This document shows positions 36,932 to 50,937 of a stretch of DNA of 64,000 nucleotides, in pieces; position 1 is the stretch's first letter, and each line of letters starts with the position of its first letter. The notes beneath the pieces are model-generated. The model did no database searches. It was not told the DNA's origin and saw only the letters and a list, made by a program, of their open reading frames with translations. The position numbers were made by a program, and so were the translations under genes. This DNA is from Anaeromyces robustus (Eukaryota). The DNA is taken from the NCBI GenBank assembly GCA_002104895.1, contig MCFG01000018.1, forward strand, positions 62,001-126,000, given 5' to 3'.

Positions 36932-37060
36932 GCCTAACTAAACATGGAAAGCCTTTCGGCTTTCCTTGTTTAGTTACTGCGTCTTCCTCGGTGACAAACT
37001 GATCTCTTAGTTTTTCAAGCACTAGGAAGTGGTGTCCTATATCAGAGACCAAGTAATACA
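36932..37060. other. GC-rich structured island; candidate ncRNA, cis-regulatory RNA or small element end
   Basis: Near-perfect hairpin 36935-36976 (TAACTAAACA-T-GGAAAGCC-TTTC-GGCTTTCC-T-TGTTTAGTTA) plus nested stems CTGAT/ATCAG, TAGT/ACTA and GTC-TTCCTCGGT-GAC, embedded in almost pure A/T DNA. Confidence 0.55.
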
Positions 37061-39182
37061 CTAATAATAAGAAAAATAAGCGATACTAATACTAATAATA
37101 ATAATAGCATATATAATAATAATTATAATAATAATAAATAAATAAATAATATAAATAATATAAATAATATAAATAATAATAAATAATAATAATTAAATTC
37201 TATATAATATGAAAAAGAACCAAAATTTTTTGATTTGTGAATTAATTATTAATATTAACTTTAAATTTCTAATTCTATATTTATAATTTAATCAATTAGT
37301 ATTAATTATTATAAATAAATAAATAAATAAATAAGTAAATAGACAAATAAATAACAAATAAATAAATTAATAATAAAAAAAAAAGATAATTAAGTTTATA
37401 TGTGTTATAATAAAGTTTATAGTGATTTTTTTTGTTTGTATGTATACAATATATTTCTTTTTTACAATTGAAAAAGAAAATCATTTTTAATAAAATTTCT
37501 TTTTATTATTATTATTAAAAAAAAAAAAGAAATAATAATAATTAAGAAAAAAAGAAAAAAAAAAAAAAAGAAAATAGAAAAAAGAGAAAACTTTCATTAT
37601 AAAATATATTAATAAGAATTAATTTTAAAACATAAACTAAATAAATAAATAATTAATAATAAAATATATATTATTACCAAAAAAAAAAAAAATTATTTTT
37701 AATTCAATATACTACAATTATATATAATACAATTTATATATAAAATGTAGTTTATTATTCAATGCCTAAATATGAATATTTAGATGATAAACATTTACTG
37801 TTTATTGTAATGGTAAAACATTAAAAATAATTTATTTCATCCCTTAACAATTTAAATAATAACATTTTCGAAACAAAATATATTATAAAAGAAAAGAAAT
37901 AAAATAAAATAATAGTAACTTTGATGATGTTTAATAATAATTTAAATATTTCATCAAAATTTATTAACAATTGTCACAATTAATTTATGTCAATTAAATT
38001 ATGAAAATAATCAATATTTAAAAAAAAAAAAACCAAAACATCTATTAAATATATTTTAACATTATAACATAAAAAAAAAAAAGAAAAAAGCAAGCTTTAA
38101 TTCTTCTTATTAATTTATATATAAAAGGTAATATTCTATTTTAATATTTATTTAATTGTTTTTTTGTAACAAAGTCATAATATAATAGAATAATTATTTA
38201 TAATAAATTAATAATAATAAATATTAAATATTAATAATTATAATTAAAAACACATCCTTCATAAATAAATAAATAAACAAAAACAAATCAAAAACATAAA
38301 AAAATTAAATAATGTACATTAATAATACATTTTATAATGTAATGATGTAATTATTGTAATAAAATCGCAATATCACACTATCACATTATCACATTATCAA
38401 AATATATCAAAAGTATCAAAAAAAAATTATTAAATATATCAAAATATTAAATATTATTAAAATTTTGTATTTTGTATTTTTTATACGAATTGTTACATTA
38501 ATACATTAATACATTAATACATTAATATTACATTGCATTTATTATTGATAGAATATTAAAAATAAAAAATTTTAAGGGTAAGAAATGTATAATAATTAAA
38601 AAAAATTTTTATTCAATAATATTAATTTATAATACTTAGCCTTAAAAAATTTTAATTTTAATTAGTAAATTAATAGTAATATTATTTTTAAATAATCATA
38701 ATTAATAATTAATAATCCTAATAATTAATAATTAATAATAATAATAACAAACCTACACAAACAAACCTACCATAATAGTATATTATATTGACTAATATAT
38801 AAATAATATAATACTTATGATATATAATATAATATAATATTATAATATTATAATATAATATACTACAATATAATATAATATAATACTTATATTATTAAAT
38901 CATATTTTGTTATTAAAATATTAATAAAATTATGTGAAATATTAAAAATAATTATATTAAAAATTTATTTATGCTATAAAAATAAAGTATTTATTATCAA
39001 TTTAAATTTATAATTAACTTTATACATTATCAACATAATATAATATAATAGTAATAATATAATAACAATATAATGGTAAATATATTAAAAAATAATGAAT
39101 CATAAAATCAAATAATCAATAGAATTTAAAATCAGTGACATAAAACAAAAAAGGATAAACGAATAATAACAAATAACTAATA

Positions 39183-39233
<51 letters not shown>

Positions 39234-39234
39234 C

Positions 39235-39270
<36 letters not shown>

Positions 39271-39293
39271 AAGTAGATAAATAAATAAGTAGA

Positions 39294-39352
<59 letters not shown>

Positions 39353-40518
39353 AAAGAATAATATTATTATTTAATAAATTAAATTAACAAATAAAATCAT
39401 ATATAATTAAATAAATGAATAAAAATTAATAACCAAATAAAATTAATAATTATATAAATGTGTAACTAAATAATAATTAAATAAATAAATAGTTATAGAA
39501 ATAAGTGAATAGGTTAATAAAGAGATAATTAATTTATATCATCATTAAAAATCACCATACCAATTTTGTTATAATTATTATTATTATTTATTATTATTTA
39601 TTATTATTAAATATTATTAAATATTATTAAATATTATTAAATATTATTATATAAAATGAAATGTTAATAATTAATAAAAATAACACTATAATAATTTATA
39701 TTTAATATTTTATTATAAATTCTATTTAATATTATTAAAATTATTAATATTATTAATTATATTCCATTTTCATCATATAATATAATACAATATAATATAA
39801 TATAATAATATATTTATTATTTCAATTAAATATATTATAATATTTATTAATAAATAAAAAAAAAAAAAACTTCAGAATCCATCAAAAAAAAATAAAATAA
39901 AAATAAATATTTTGAAAAGAAACATTTCACAAAATTATTAAAAATAGAAAAATAGAATATTAAAATATTAATTAATAAACTGATATAAAAATAATTTCTT
40001 CCATTTTTTTATAAATTCTTTTTTTCTTTTCTTTTTTTTTTTTATTACACACACCAAAAAATTATTTTTATACTTTCATAAAAGTAAAAATATTCTTTTT
40101 TTTTATTTTCAAAATCAAAAAATAAAAGAAACTAGATAATTTATTTTAGTTATTTTAGTTTTTTTATTTATTAAAGAACATTAATTAAACTATTTTTTAT
40201 AGTATTAGTTTTCAATATATATTAAATCAATATATATTCCAATAATATATATAAAATTAATTTTTAGATTTTCTTAGAAAATAGTGACAATTTATTGCCT
40301 ATATTTTTAATAATAATATTTAAATAATTAATCATTTATAATATATAATTCAATATTTTTATAATAACTTCACTTTCAATTTTATTCAAATATTAGAACA
40401 ATAGGTTTTATTAATTTTAAAAATTATTAATAGTTATTAGAAAGAAATTATTTCAAAAAAATTTATTATTATAATCTTTTAATATATAATATATATAATA
40501 AAACTTAAATAATAATAA

Positions 40519-40551
<33 letters not shown>

Positions 40552-41142
40552 AAAGAAATAATATTTAAGAAATAATAATAAATATTAATTATTATTATTG
40601 TTAAATTTGTTTCTTTTTTATTTATTTTAATATTATGAATAAAAGTTTTTATTTTAATAATTATAGTATGTTCATACATAAATCGTATAATTTTTTGATA
40701 TATCAAAAAAACAACTCGATATTAAACAAAACGTAGAGAAAAAAAATAACAATAAAAATATATTTAATTTTTTTTTTAAAAAGAAAAATAATAATATTAC
40801 GGACAATTTTTTATTTATAAATATTATAAAAATAATCCTATTTTTATAAAGTAAGGTAAATATTTAATATTTAAAAATTTATAAAATAATAATAATAATA
40901 ATAATAAATAATAAATAATAATAAATAATAATAATAAATACAAGGTATTAATTAATTATTAAATAATATCATTTTTATATATTAATAGAAATAATATATT
41001 TATTTCGGGGAAAAAATCAAAGAATAAAGACTGTTTTTAGATTCATTATTTTAAACGAAAAGGAAAGTCATAAAAATAAAAAGTTCATATTAAAGGTTTT
41101 TTTTTCAAAAAAAAAAAAAAAAATAAAAAATAAAGAAAAAAG

Positions 41143-41664
41143 ATGACGAGTACTCTGAAATCTCCGTTATCTTTGAGGAACCCACGAAAGGATTCTCATT
41201 ATTATTCCTATCTTGCAAGAAAAAAGAGATCTTTTGAAGAAGAAAACTTTGAAATTCTTACTGATAACTATCGTAAGAATAAACGTTTTATTACAGAAAT
41301 TATGGTTCAACAATTTTCACTTTTAACTGTTTCTAAAAGTGAAAAAGTTAGACATTTACATCAAGAAACTAATAATAAAATGAATTATGGTGAACATCGT
41401 TTCCGTAGAAAGCCAAGTAAAATAAAGACTTGTAATACAATATTGAATTCACCTCTTTCCCAACCTCCAATTATTATTTCATTTAATAATTCCGAAATAC
41501 AAGAACCTACACCTATTCAAAAAATAAATGAAAATAATCAACCATCTCTTAATGGTTATACTACAACAACCGAAACTAAAAAAGATAATATTCCATTATT
41601 AATGTCAAATGAACCAATAACACCTATTGAAACTTTAGAATCATCAATGGAGGAATGCATATAA
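41143..41664 (+). CDS. Hypothetical 173-aa protein, basic NLS-like segments
   Basis: Clean ORF with A-rich start context and higher GC than flanks; RKKRSF and RKNKRFITEIMVQQFSLL segments. Confidence 0.7.
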   Translation: MTSTLKSPLSLRNPRKDSHYYSYLARKKRSFEEENFEILTDNYRKNKRFITEIMVQQFSLLTVSKSEKVRHLHQETNNKMNYGEHRFRRKPSKIKTCNTILNSPLSQPPIIISFNNSEIQEPTPIQKINENNQPSLNGYTTTTETKKDNIPLLMSNEPITPIETLESSMEECI

Positions 41665-41667
41665 ATT

Positions 41668-41710
<43 letters not shown>

Positions 41711-42842
41711 CATATAATTAAAAAAAAAAAAAAAAAAAAATTAACAATTATTTAAATACCCCTCAAATAATATTGATGATTATTTTAACTATCTGTAAAA
41801 TTAAATAAATAAATATTTATTTTTATATTTATTATTATACATTTATATTTTATAAAATATTAAATAAAAAAATATTTTTTTTAAAAAAAAAAAAAAAGAA
41901 AAAAAAGTTCAATATTATAATAAAACATGTTAATAAAAAAAAAAACATGTTTTTTTCTTGTTTTTATTTTTATTTTTTTTATTTTATTTTATTTTTAATT
42001 TATGTGTTCACATCATCATATATAAATACAAATATTTTATATATATAAAAGCATCAAAAAAAATAACCATATTTATAATATCATAATATATATATATATA
42101 ATTTTCAATATCATTCATCTTTCATTTTTAAAATAATATTTTTTCATAATCATAAACATATCATGATATCTTGTATATATTCAATATATTAAGACTTTCT
42201 GTTTTTTGCTTAATATTATTATCGCATTGTAGTATTCATCAATACCTAAAATGAAATACATTTCTTAATATCACTAAAGATTTTTTTTATTTTATGTTAT
42301 TATTATTTTATTTTTATTTTTATTTTCATTTTTGTATTCATTTCTTTAATTATTTTTTAATAGGATTCTCACTTCGATAAGAAGATAAACCATATATATA
42401 TATATTTTAATAATGAAAATAAAATTTCATAATATTAAAAAATTGAAACAAATATTACTTTTATCTGAAATAGAGTTGGAATTATAGTAAAAAAGAATAT
42501 TTAAAATATATATATATGATATTGGAATGATACTTATTTTATAATCCTATTTTATATATATATATATGATATTGGAATGATACTTATTTTATAAAATTAT
42601 TAATAAAAAAAAGGTTTATAAAAAATCAAATTAAAATGACAAGAATTTTTTTTCAAGAATAATAAGAAATGAAAATTGATAAGAAAAATGAAAAGAAAGA
42701 TTAATAAAAAAAAGAAAAAAGGTATTTAGTCATACTTAATTATGTTCCAATATTATGCATGATTGTTGGTATATTATTTCATTAGTTTAATTCTTTTTTA
42801 GTTTCTTATTTTTAATTTAAAAATAATACAATAATAATATTA

Positions 42843-42889
<47 letters not shown>

Positions 42890-43258
42890 GGAATAGAGAA
42901 ATAAATAAGATAATTATTATTATTTTTTTATTTCTTATATATAATAAAATATCACTAAAATAAAATTGTAATAATAATTTATATTTTAAATAAATAAAGA
43001 AAATAATAATAATAAAAATAAACATTCAAACTAATAACATGTTTTACAATATAAAAATAACAATAAAGAATTTTTTTTTCTTTATATTTTATATATTTTT
43101 ATTGTTTTTTATTTATTAAATATTTTATTAAATATATTAAAATATAAATATTATTATTATATAAAAAAAAAAAAGTTTGAAAATTATAATAAAAGAAATT
43201 ATTTTCAATAGAATTTAGTAAATTATTTTACATAATTTATTCATATATATTCTTCTTT

Positions 43259-43307
<49 letters not shown>

Positions 43308-44505
43308 TTATTTCGTTATTATTTTATATGTATATATAATTTGTTTTGATTAAAATTATTTATTCTTAATCTTTATATTACTATATTTTTTATTGTAGTT
43401 TCACTTTATATTATATTATATTATATTATATTATTTTGTCTTTCATTTTTATATTATTATTATTATCATTATTATTATTATCATTATTATTATTATTATT
43501 TTGAAGCATTATTATTATTAAATATTTTTTGCTTTTTTTTCGTTTTTCGTTTTTTGTTTTTTTATTATCTTTTGTTTTTTAGTTTTTTTGTTTTTTTTTT
43601 TTGTTTTTTATTATTTTTTGTTTTTTTAGTTTTTTGTTTTGTTTGTTTTATTTGTTTTGTTTTGTTTTATTTGTTTTGGTTTGTTTTATTTGTTTTGGTT
43701 TGTTTTGGTTTGTTTTTTGCTTTTCGTTTTTTTTTTTTTTATTTTATATGTATATATTTTTTTTTATTCTGTTTTTATTTTATTATATTATATATATATA
43801 TATATATATATTAATTTTATTTTGTTTTGTTTCTTTTTAATCTTTTCTGTTTTTATTTTTTAATTTTTTATATTTTAGTTTTTTTTTCTTTTGTTATTTT
43901 GTTTTTTTTCGCTTTTTTTTTTCTTTGTTTTTTATTTTTTTTTTTTTTTTTTTTATTTTTTTTTTTTTTTTTTTTGTTTTGATTTTTGATTTTTGATTTT
44001 TGATTTTTGATTTTTGATTTTTGATTTTTGATTTTCGCTTAAAAATTTAAATAATGAAATAATAATATATGTTGTTACTTGGTAAAAAAAAAAAAAAAAA
44101 AACATTTATTCTAAATTCAATATATTTCCCCTTAAATATCATATAAAAAAAAATATTTATTTATTTTTTTTTTTTGCTTCCTCTTTTTCATTTTTATTAA
44201 CATTATAATTATAATAAATAATTGTAATATATTATCAATTTTTAATATTAGTAATAATATAGTTGATATTGATAATGATTACAATAAAAATATAAGAAAA
44301 AAAGGTTTCTTAAAAAAAATAAAAAGTTATATTGTATGTATATTTTATGTGTAAATGGTGTTATTATTATAATGGAGTTATAAAAAAATTTTTTTATATA
44401 ACATATAATATAGTTTGTATATTTATATTATATATTATATATATATTATATCTCATTTAAACTATAAAAAAATATATATAGTTTTAATTTTTTTTCATCA
44501 TCTCT

Positions 44506-44556
<51 letters not shown>

Positions 44557-44611
44557 TTTAATTTCTTAATTTTTTTTTCTTTTTTTTTTTATTTTATTTT
44601 TTTTTTTTGTT

Positions 44612-45064
44612 TTAACTGAAATTTAAAATATCTAATTGTTCATTAATAAGATTCAATTGAGTAATAGCAATCATCATTTGAAATTTGGTTTCTTCTAAAT
44701 TATTTTCTAATTTATTTCTTAACAGCATGGTTTCCTTCATTACTTGATTAAAATTGGAATGACCTACACTATAATAGGTTGGTTTAGGTTCAGATATCAT
44801 TCTTGGTTGTTGTGATATTTTATTTTTATAAAGATTAGGATTAGATTCCATCCAAGAAGAATAAATAGAATTATAATTAGAATTAAAATTAGAATTAGAA
44901 TTAGATGGAAAATTCATATAATCAGCTGATGATGAAATTGGATTAGTTGAATAATATTTTTTACAAGGTTGACTTAATTTATCAAAATAAAAATCTAAAG
45001 AATCTCTTCTTGATATAGGTATCTTTTTAACTGTAATCATTTCTATATTATGATCTTCTTTTAA

Positions 45065-45096
<32 letters not shown>

Positions 45097-45823
45097 GATT
45101 TTTACTAATTTTTGGTGGAATAGAATCAAGACTTGTGGAAGGGGTATGAGTATGAGTATAAAATGATAAAGAAGTTGGATTTGGTAATTGAGATAAAACA
45201 TCTTTAAATGGTGATTTAGTATATATTTTTGAAGTAGTAGTAATTCTATTAGTATTATTACTAATAATATCATTAGAATTAGTAGAAATAGTAGTTTCAA
45301 TTGAATTTTTTATAGATTGTGATGATAATAATGATGATGATAATAATAAAGGAGAATGATGAGGTGAATGTGAAGGTGAATGTGAAGGTGAAAGTGAAGG
45401 TGAAGATGAAGGTGAAGATGAAGAAGATGAAGTAATAATTGTTGTCATATCTGAAGATAAAGTAGTAAAAGGTGGTTCAAATGGATCTTGAATTTTTATA
45501 GTATTATGAGAAGATGATATAGGATATTTAGCAGATAAATTTGGTGGAGAAGAATTATAATTATTCATTTCAAAAGGATCAAAATTATTATTATTATTAT
45601 TATTATAAGGCATTAAAGGTGGAGGTGAAGCAATAGAAATAGATGTATTTAAAGAAGTAGTAGTAGTAGTAGTAGTAGTAGATAATTCCCTATTCATTTC
45701 AGTAGATTGAATTAAATCTTTATATAATAAATATTTTTTATGATCTTTAACTTCTTCTAAATACATTTCTTTTAATGATGGAGCAGATGGTTTATGCTCA
45801 TTTTTAATATGTCTATTATTATC

Positions 45824-45863
<40 letters not shown>

Positions 45864-46837
45864 GTGTTATTATTATTATTTATATGTTGTAAATTTATAT
45901 CTTTTAAAGTTGGAGATGATGGTGGTGATGATGATGGTGATGGTAATGTTGTTATTGTAGATAATTTTGATTTATGTTTTATTAATTTAGAATCTAATGT
46001 ATTATTTGGTTTTATAGACGTATTTAATTTATTATAGGATGAAGAATCATCTTTATTAATATTTATATTATTATTATTATTATTATTATTATAAGAATGA
46101 TAATTTGTTTGAGTGGAAGATGATTTAGTTTGATAAATTTTATTAGTAGTTGAAATGGATGATGGTGGTGTTGATTTTGATTTTGATTGTGATTTTGATG
46201 AATGAGAATAAGTAGCTAAATAATAATAGTTATTTAAATTTTATTTAAAAAATATATATATATTATATTTTAAGTATTTTTTTTTATATAATTATATATA
46301 AATATATACATAAATACTATAAATAATTAAAGAGTTTTTTTTGTTTGTTTTACCTTTATTTAAAGTACCATTAATATTATTAGAATGATTTAATTTATTT
46401 TTAATATCCCTATCTGTTTCAATGAATCCATTAGAATGAATAAAGGTAATTTTAGAATTTTTCATTTTATCTTCAAAATTCTTTTGATCTATAATTAAAG
46501 AATTGTTATTTTTTTCAATTTTTTCTTTATTACCATTATTATTATTACAATTATTACTATTACTGTTATTATTGTTATTACTATTATTAGTATTATTATT
46601 ATTAGTATTATTATTATTTTTATTTTTTAAACATATTTCAACATAACTTGCTCTTCTTGACAATAACTTTTTATTTTTTGAAAGTGAAATACTATCGAGA
46701 TGATCAAAACTTTTACTATTAAATCTTCGATTTAAAGCTTTTTTTAATTTTTTAATTTTAATACTATCAGAACGTTTAGTTTTACTTTTACTTTTAGTTC
46801 TTGTAAGTACAGTAGTAGAATGATTTTCAACTTTCAT
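44612..46837 (-). CDS. Low-complexity Ser/Thr/Asn/Pro-rich protein with C-terminal coiled coil; exons 46837-46354, 46215-44612
   Basis: The 181-aa and 384-aa ORFs join in frame through a GTAAAA..TAG intron (46353-46216). Contains RRAS and RRDS PKA-type sites. Confidence 0.75.
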
Positions 46838-47809
46838 TTTTTTTTTATTATCTTAAATAACTAACTTTTTTTTTTTTTTTTTTTCTAATTTAAAAACTTT
46901 TTTTTATTTCTGTATTATTAATAATTATTGGAGTTTAGATCAATCAATTATTTATTAGAATATTCTACTTGAAAAATTAAATATTAAATATATTATTATA
47001 AATAATGATTTATAAATGTTATTTCTTTTTTTATTTTATCTTTAAATTATTTCTTTTATTAAAGAATTAATTATAGAATTCCTAATGGTTATTAAGTAAA
47101 TAACAAATATATAATTTTTTTTGTTTATTTATTTCTTTCTTTTTTTTTTTTTTTTTGATATTTTTTTTATTATTATTACAATTTTTAATTGAAAATATTT
47201 TTAAATGAGTATATATATATTGTTTGAACTTAATATTGTTTAAAAAAAGCAAAAAAAAAAAAAAAGTTAGTAATAATAATATTTTAAAATTTATATATTT
47301 TTTTAAAAGAAAGAAAAAAAAATATGAATATTATGATTGATAACTTTTAACAATATTAAACAATAATAAAGTATTATCAAATTATAATTGAATTTTTTTT
47401 ATTTAAATGTCATCAAACAAAACAAAAAGTATAATAAAGACAATGTAATATTGATTATTTTTGAAATATTCTTTTAATTGTTATATAACCTCTTCCTCTT
47501 TTTTTTTTTTTTTTTTTCTTGTGGTAAATATTATATAATCTTGAAACTCTTTATATATATTTATTTAATTTAATTAAATTTATTAAAAAGTATTAAAATA
47601 TTGAGTTATACTTTCTTTTTTATATAATTTGATATAAATATATATAGAATATTAAAAAAAAAAAAAAAAAAGAAAAGAAAGGAACAAAATATACTAGGAA
47701 AAAAAAAAATCAATTGATTAATACATTATTAAGAATTTGTTTTAATTTATATATATTAGCTTTCCTAACTTCTTTTATAGAAGAGATAATATAACAATAT
47801 TAGGAACAA

Positions 47810-47844
<35 letters not shown>

Positions 47845-47968
47845 CTTATTTTTTCTTTATCATACGCTATAGAAAAAAAAGTATTATACTTTTCCAATTT
47901 TTACAATAATAATAAAAATTTATTTAGATTAATAATTAAATATTATAATGATTAATCTTTATCCTCTG

Positions 47969-47999
<31 letters not shown>

Positions 48000-50178
48000 T
48001 TATATAATTTATTATAAATATTAGATTAGATATTATATAAAAAAGAGAAAAAGAAAAAAATAAGAAAATATGATGATTATTTAAAAAAAAAAAAAAAAGT
48101 ATTTATACTTTTTGATATTATTTCCTTTTTTATATAATATAAAAAAAATTTTTTTTTTCTTTTTAATTGCAAAGAAAAAAAAAAAAAAAAAAAAAAGAAA
48201 ATTTAATATTAAATATATATATTATTCTTTTTTTATATATTAATTTTTCATTATTTTATATATATTTATGGTTTTTTAATTAACATATATTATAGAATCA
48301 ATTTAAAATATTCTAATGTTCAAATAAATAAAAATGAAAACTTTAACTAAAATATATATTAAAAAAAGTAAAATAAAATAAAATAAAATAAAATAAAAAA
48401 AGATTAATATTATTCCAAACTTTTCATTACATATAAAGTTTTTTTTTTTAATTATTTTAAACTAAATTTTTTATTTTTTATTTTGGTTTTTAATGTAGAG
48501 AAGTAATATAAAAATTTAATTATTTAATTATATCTATTATAATAATTTAATTAAAATTTAAATTTAATTAAATAATATATGGTACTAATATATTGAAGTA
48601 TAATGAAATTAATTAAATAATTCTATTATTTTTTTATTTTTTTTTTTAATATAATTTAAAAATTTAATAATTCTACAAGAAAAATATAATAATAAAAATG
48701 AAATATAATTATTAAAAAAATAATATTTATTAAAAAATGTATTTTTTTGAAATAGCTTATTAACTATACTTTTATACTTAATACATTCATAGAGACATAA
48801 AAAATAATAATATTTAATAATATATATTAGATATTTTTATATTAAATAAAGCATTAATAATAAATTTATAAATATTATAAATATTATTATATATATAAAA
48901 AAAGTGTCACAATATAATGTTAAATTTTTATTTATAATTTATATACTAATTATCCTGATATATGATATATCGTAAAAGGATTAAATAAATATATATATAC
49001 AAAATAAATATATTATAATTAATAAATTATAATTATAACCATATTATTAATAAAATAATATAAAGGTAAATTTAATTTAATTAATAGTGTTAATGTTTTC
49101 TCTTAATTATTCTATCTTATTTTTTTTTTTTTTTTTTTTTTTAAATATTTGCTTTATTCAAAATTATTGGGTATTATTCCTAACTTTTAACAAAGACTTT
49201 AAATGAATTAGAATTATAAATTATAAATTATAAATTATAAATTATATTTAATAAATATATATATAAAAAATAATAATAATTATAATAAATTGAAATAAAG
49301 ATATGAATAAATATTATTAATTTTATATATTTCTAATTAATGATTTTTATATTTTTATTGATAATTCAATTCAATTTATATATATTCTCTTAACAAATTC
49401 AATTATCATTATCATTATAATAACAATAATATATATATAATACAAAAAAAATAAAGAAATAGAAATAAAAAAAATGAAAAAAAAAAAAAGCAAACTTTAT
49501 ATACACTAAAATGAAATATATATATATATATATATAAATACATATACATTATACATCAATAATCATTATATACACATATAAAAAAAACACTACACATTAA
49601 TTATTATTATTATTTAAAATAATATATAAAATTAATTTTATTATTATTAAATGTTTTATTTTTGCTTTTTTTTTAATTATTGTTGATTGAAAATTAATTA
49701 CATAAAAAAAATGTTTAAATAAATAAATGAAAAACAAGCATAAAAGATAATAAAATATATATATATATATTTGTTCTTTTTTATATAAAATTTCTATATT
49801 TCATGGTATATTAAAAATAATGATATAATAAAATGAAAAAAAAAAGTAAGAGAATATAGATTTATTAAATAAAAAAAAATTAAAAATAATTTATATAATA
49901 AAAGAAAAAGTAATTATAAAAAAAAATATTATTCCTCTTATCTATATAATATTATAATATTATAATGTATAATTATTATTATAATGGGTATTATTTAAGA
50001 GGAGATATTAATAAATCTATTAAAATTATATATATATTACAATAATTATATATTATTTCTATAATTACTTTTCTTTTTTTATAAAGAAAAAAAAAAAGAT
50101 TATGTATATCTTTCTTTTTACTTTTTACTTTTCATTTTTTACTTTTTTTTTTTTTTTTTATATTCTCTATACTTTATT

Positions 50179-50937
50179 CTAATAAACCTTTTCTTCATAA
50201 CAAGTTTGGTTCACATGTTCTCCAATTTCTTTTATTTTTTTTATATCTTTTATTTCTTTAATTTCTTTTATTTCTTTAATTTCTTTTATTTCTTTTACTT
50301 CTTTTACTTCTTTTACTTCTTTTACTTCTTTTATTTCTTTTACTTCTTTAACCTCTTCATAACATGATTTATTGACTTCTTCTTCAATAAATTCTTTACT
50401 ATTATTAATCCAATCAAGTTCATCCCATTGAATTTTTTTATCCTCTCCAACTTGATGTTTTAAGATAACACGTTGATTCGTGGTAGCTAAAAATTTATTA
50501 TAAATTCTTTTCTTTAATAAAAATTTACCAGCTTTAATCATACGAACATTTGGTAAAGCAAGTAAAGCTTTATGTTTTCTTTTAACAAGTTCCATATTAT
50601 AACCAGAATAAATACAAACTTTAAAGGAAGGTTTTAAATTTTCAATAATAGTACGAACAAAATCAGCTTGATCTAAAGGTTCTCCACCTTGAAAACAAAT
50701 CCATTGAGAAAGTTCTAATTCATTTAATTTTGAAACTACAGCTTCAACGGTAGTTTTTCTAGTTTCATCAAATGATTGAAGTTCACAATTATGACAATCT
50801 GGACAACGAATACTACAACCTCTTACAAAAACAACTGTAGCAATTTGTCCTGGAACATCAATAAAAGATAAATTAGTACGTTCAACGTAACCAATAGTAC
50901 ATCCAGTAAAATCTTCAATATCTTGAACCTTGGTCAT
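50179..50937 (-). CDS. nrdG: Anaerobic ribonucleoside-triphosphate reductase activating protein-like radical SAM enzyme, intronless
   Basis: SFIDVPGQIATVVFVRGCSIRCPDCHN (CxxxCxxC), CFQGGEPL, IYSGY, IKAGKF, ATTNQRV match the NrdG activase pattern; tail of (KE[V/I])n repeats. Confidence 0.85.
   Translation of the reverse strand: MTKVQDIEDFTGCTIGYVERTNLSFIDVPGQIATVVFVRGCSIRCPDCHNCELQSFDETRKTTVEAVVSKLNELELSQWICFQGGEPLDQADFVRTIIENLKPSFKVCIYSGYNMELVKRKHKALLALPNVRMIKAGKFLLKKRIYNKFLATTNQRVILKHQVGEDKKIQWDELDWINNSKEFIEEEVNKSCYEEVKEVKEIKEVKEVKEVKEVKEIKEIKEIKEIKEIKDIKKIKEIGEHVNQTCYEEKVY

Noticed and set aside
36975..37055. Assignment as cobalamin riboswitch, hammerhead or spliceosomal snRNA
   Set aside because: Only partial look-alikes (ATCAGAGACC, CACTAGGAAG); the required cores such as GGGAA or CUGANGA are missing.
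43554..43863. Overlapping Phe-rich ORFs
   Set aside because: T-rich low-complexity sequence without stops; no coding signal.
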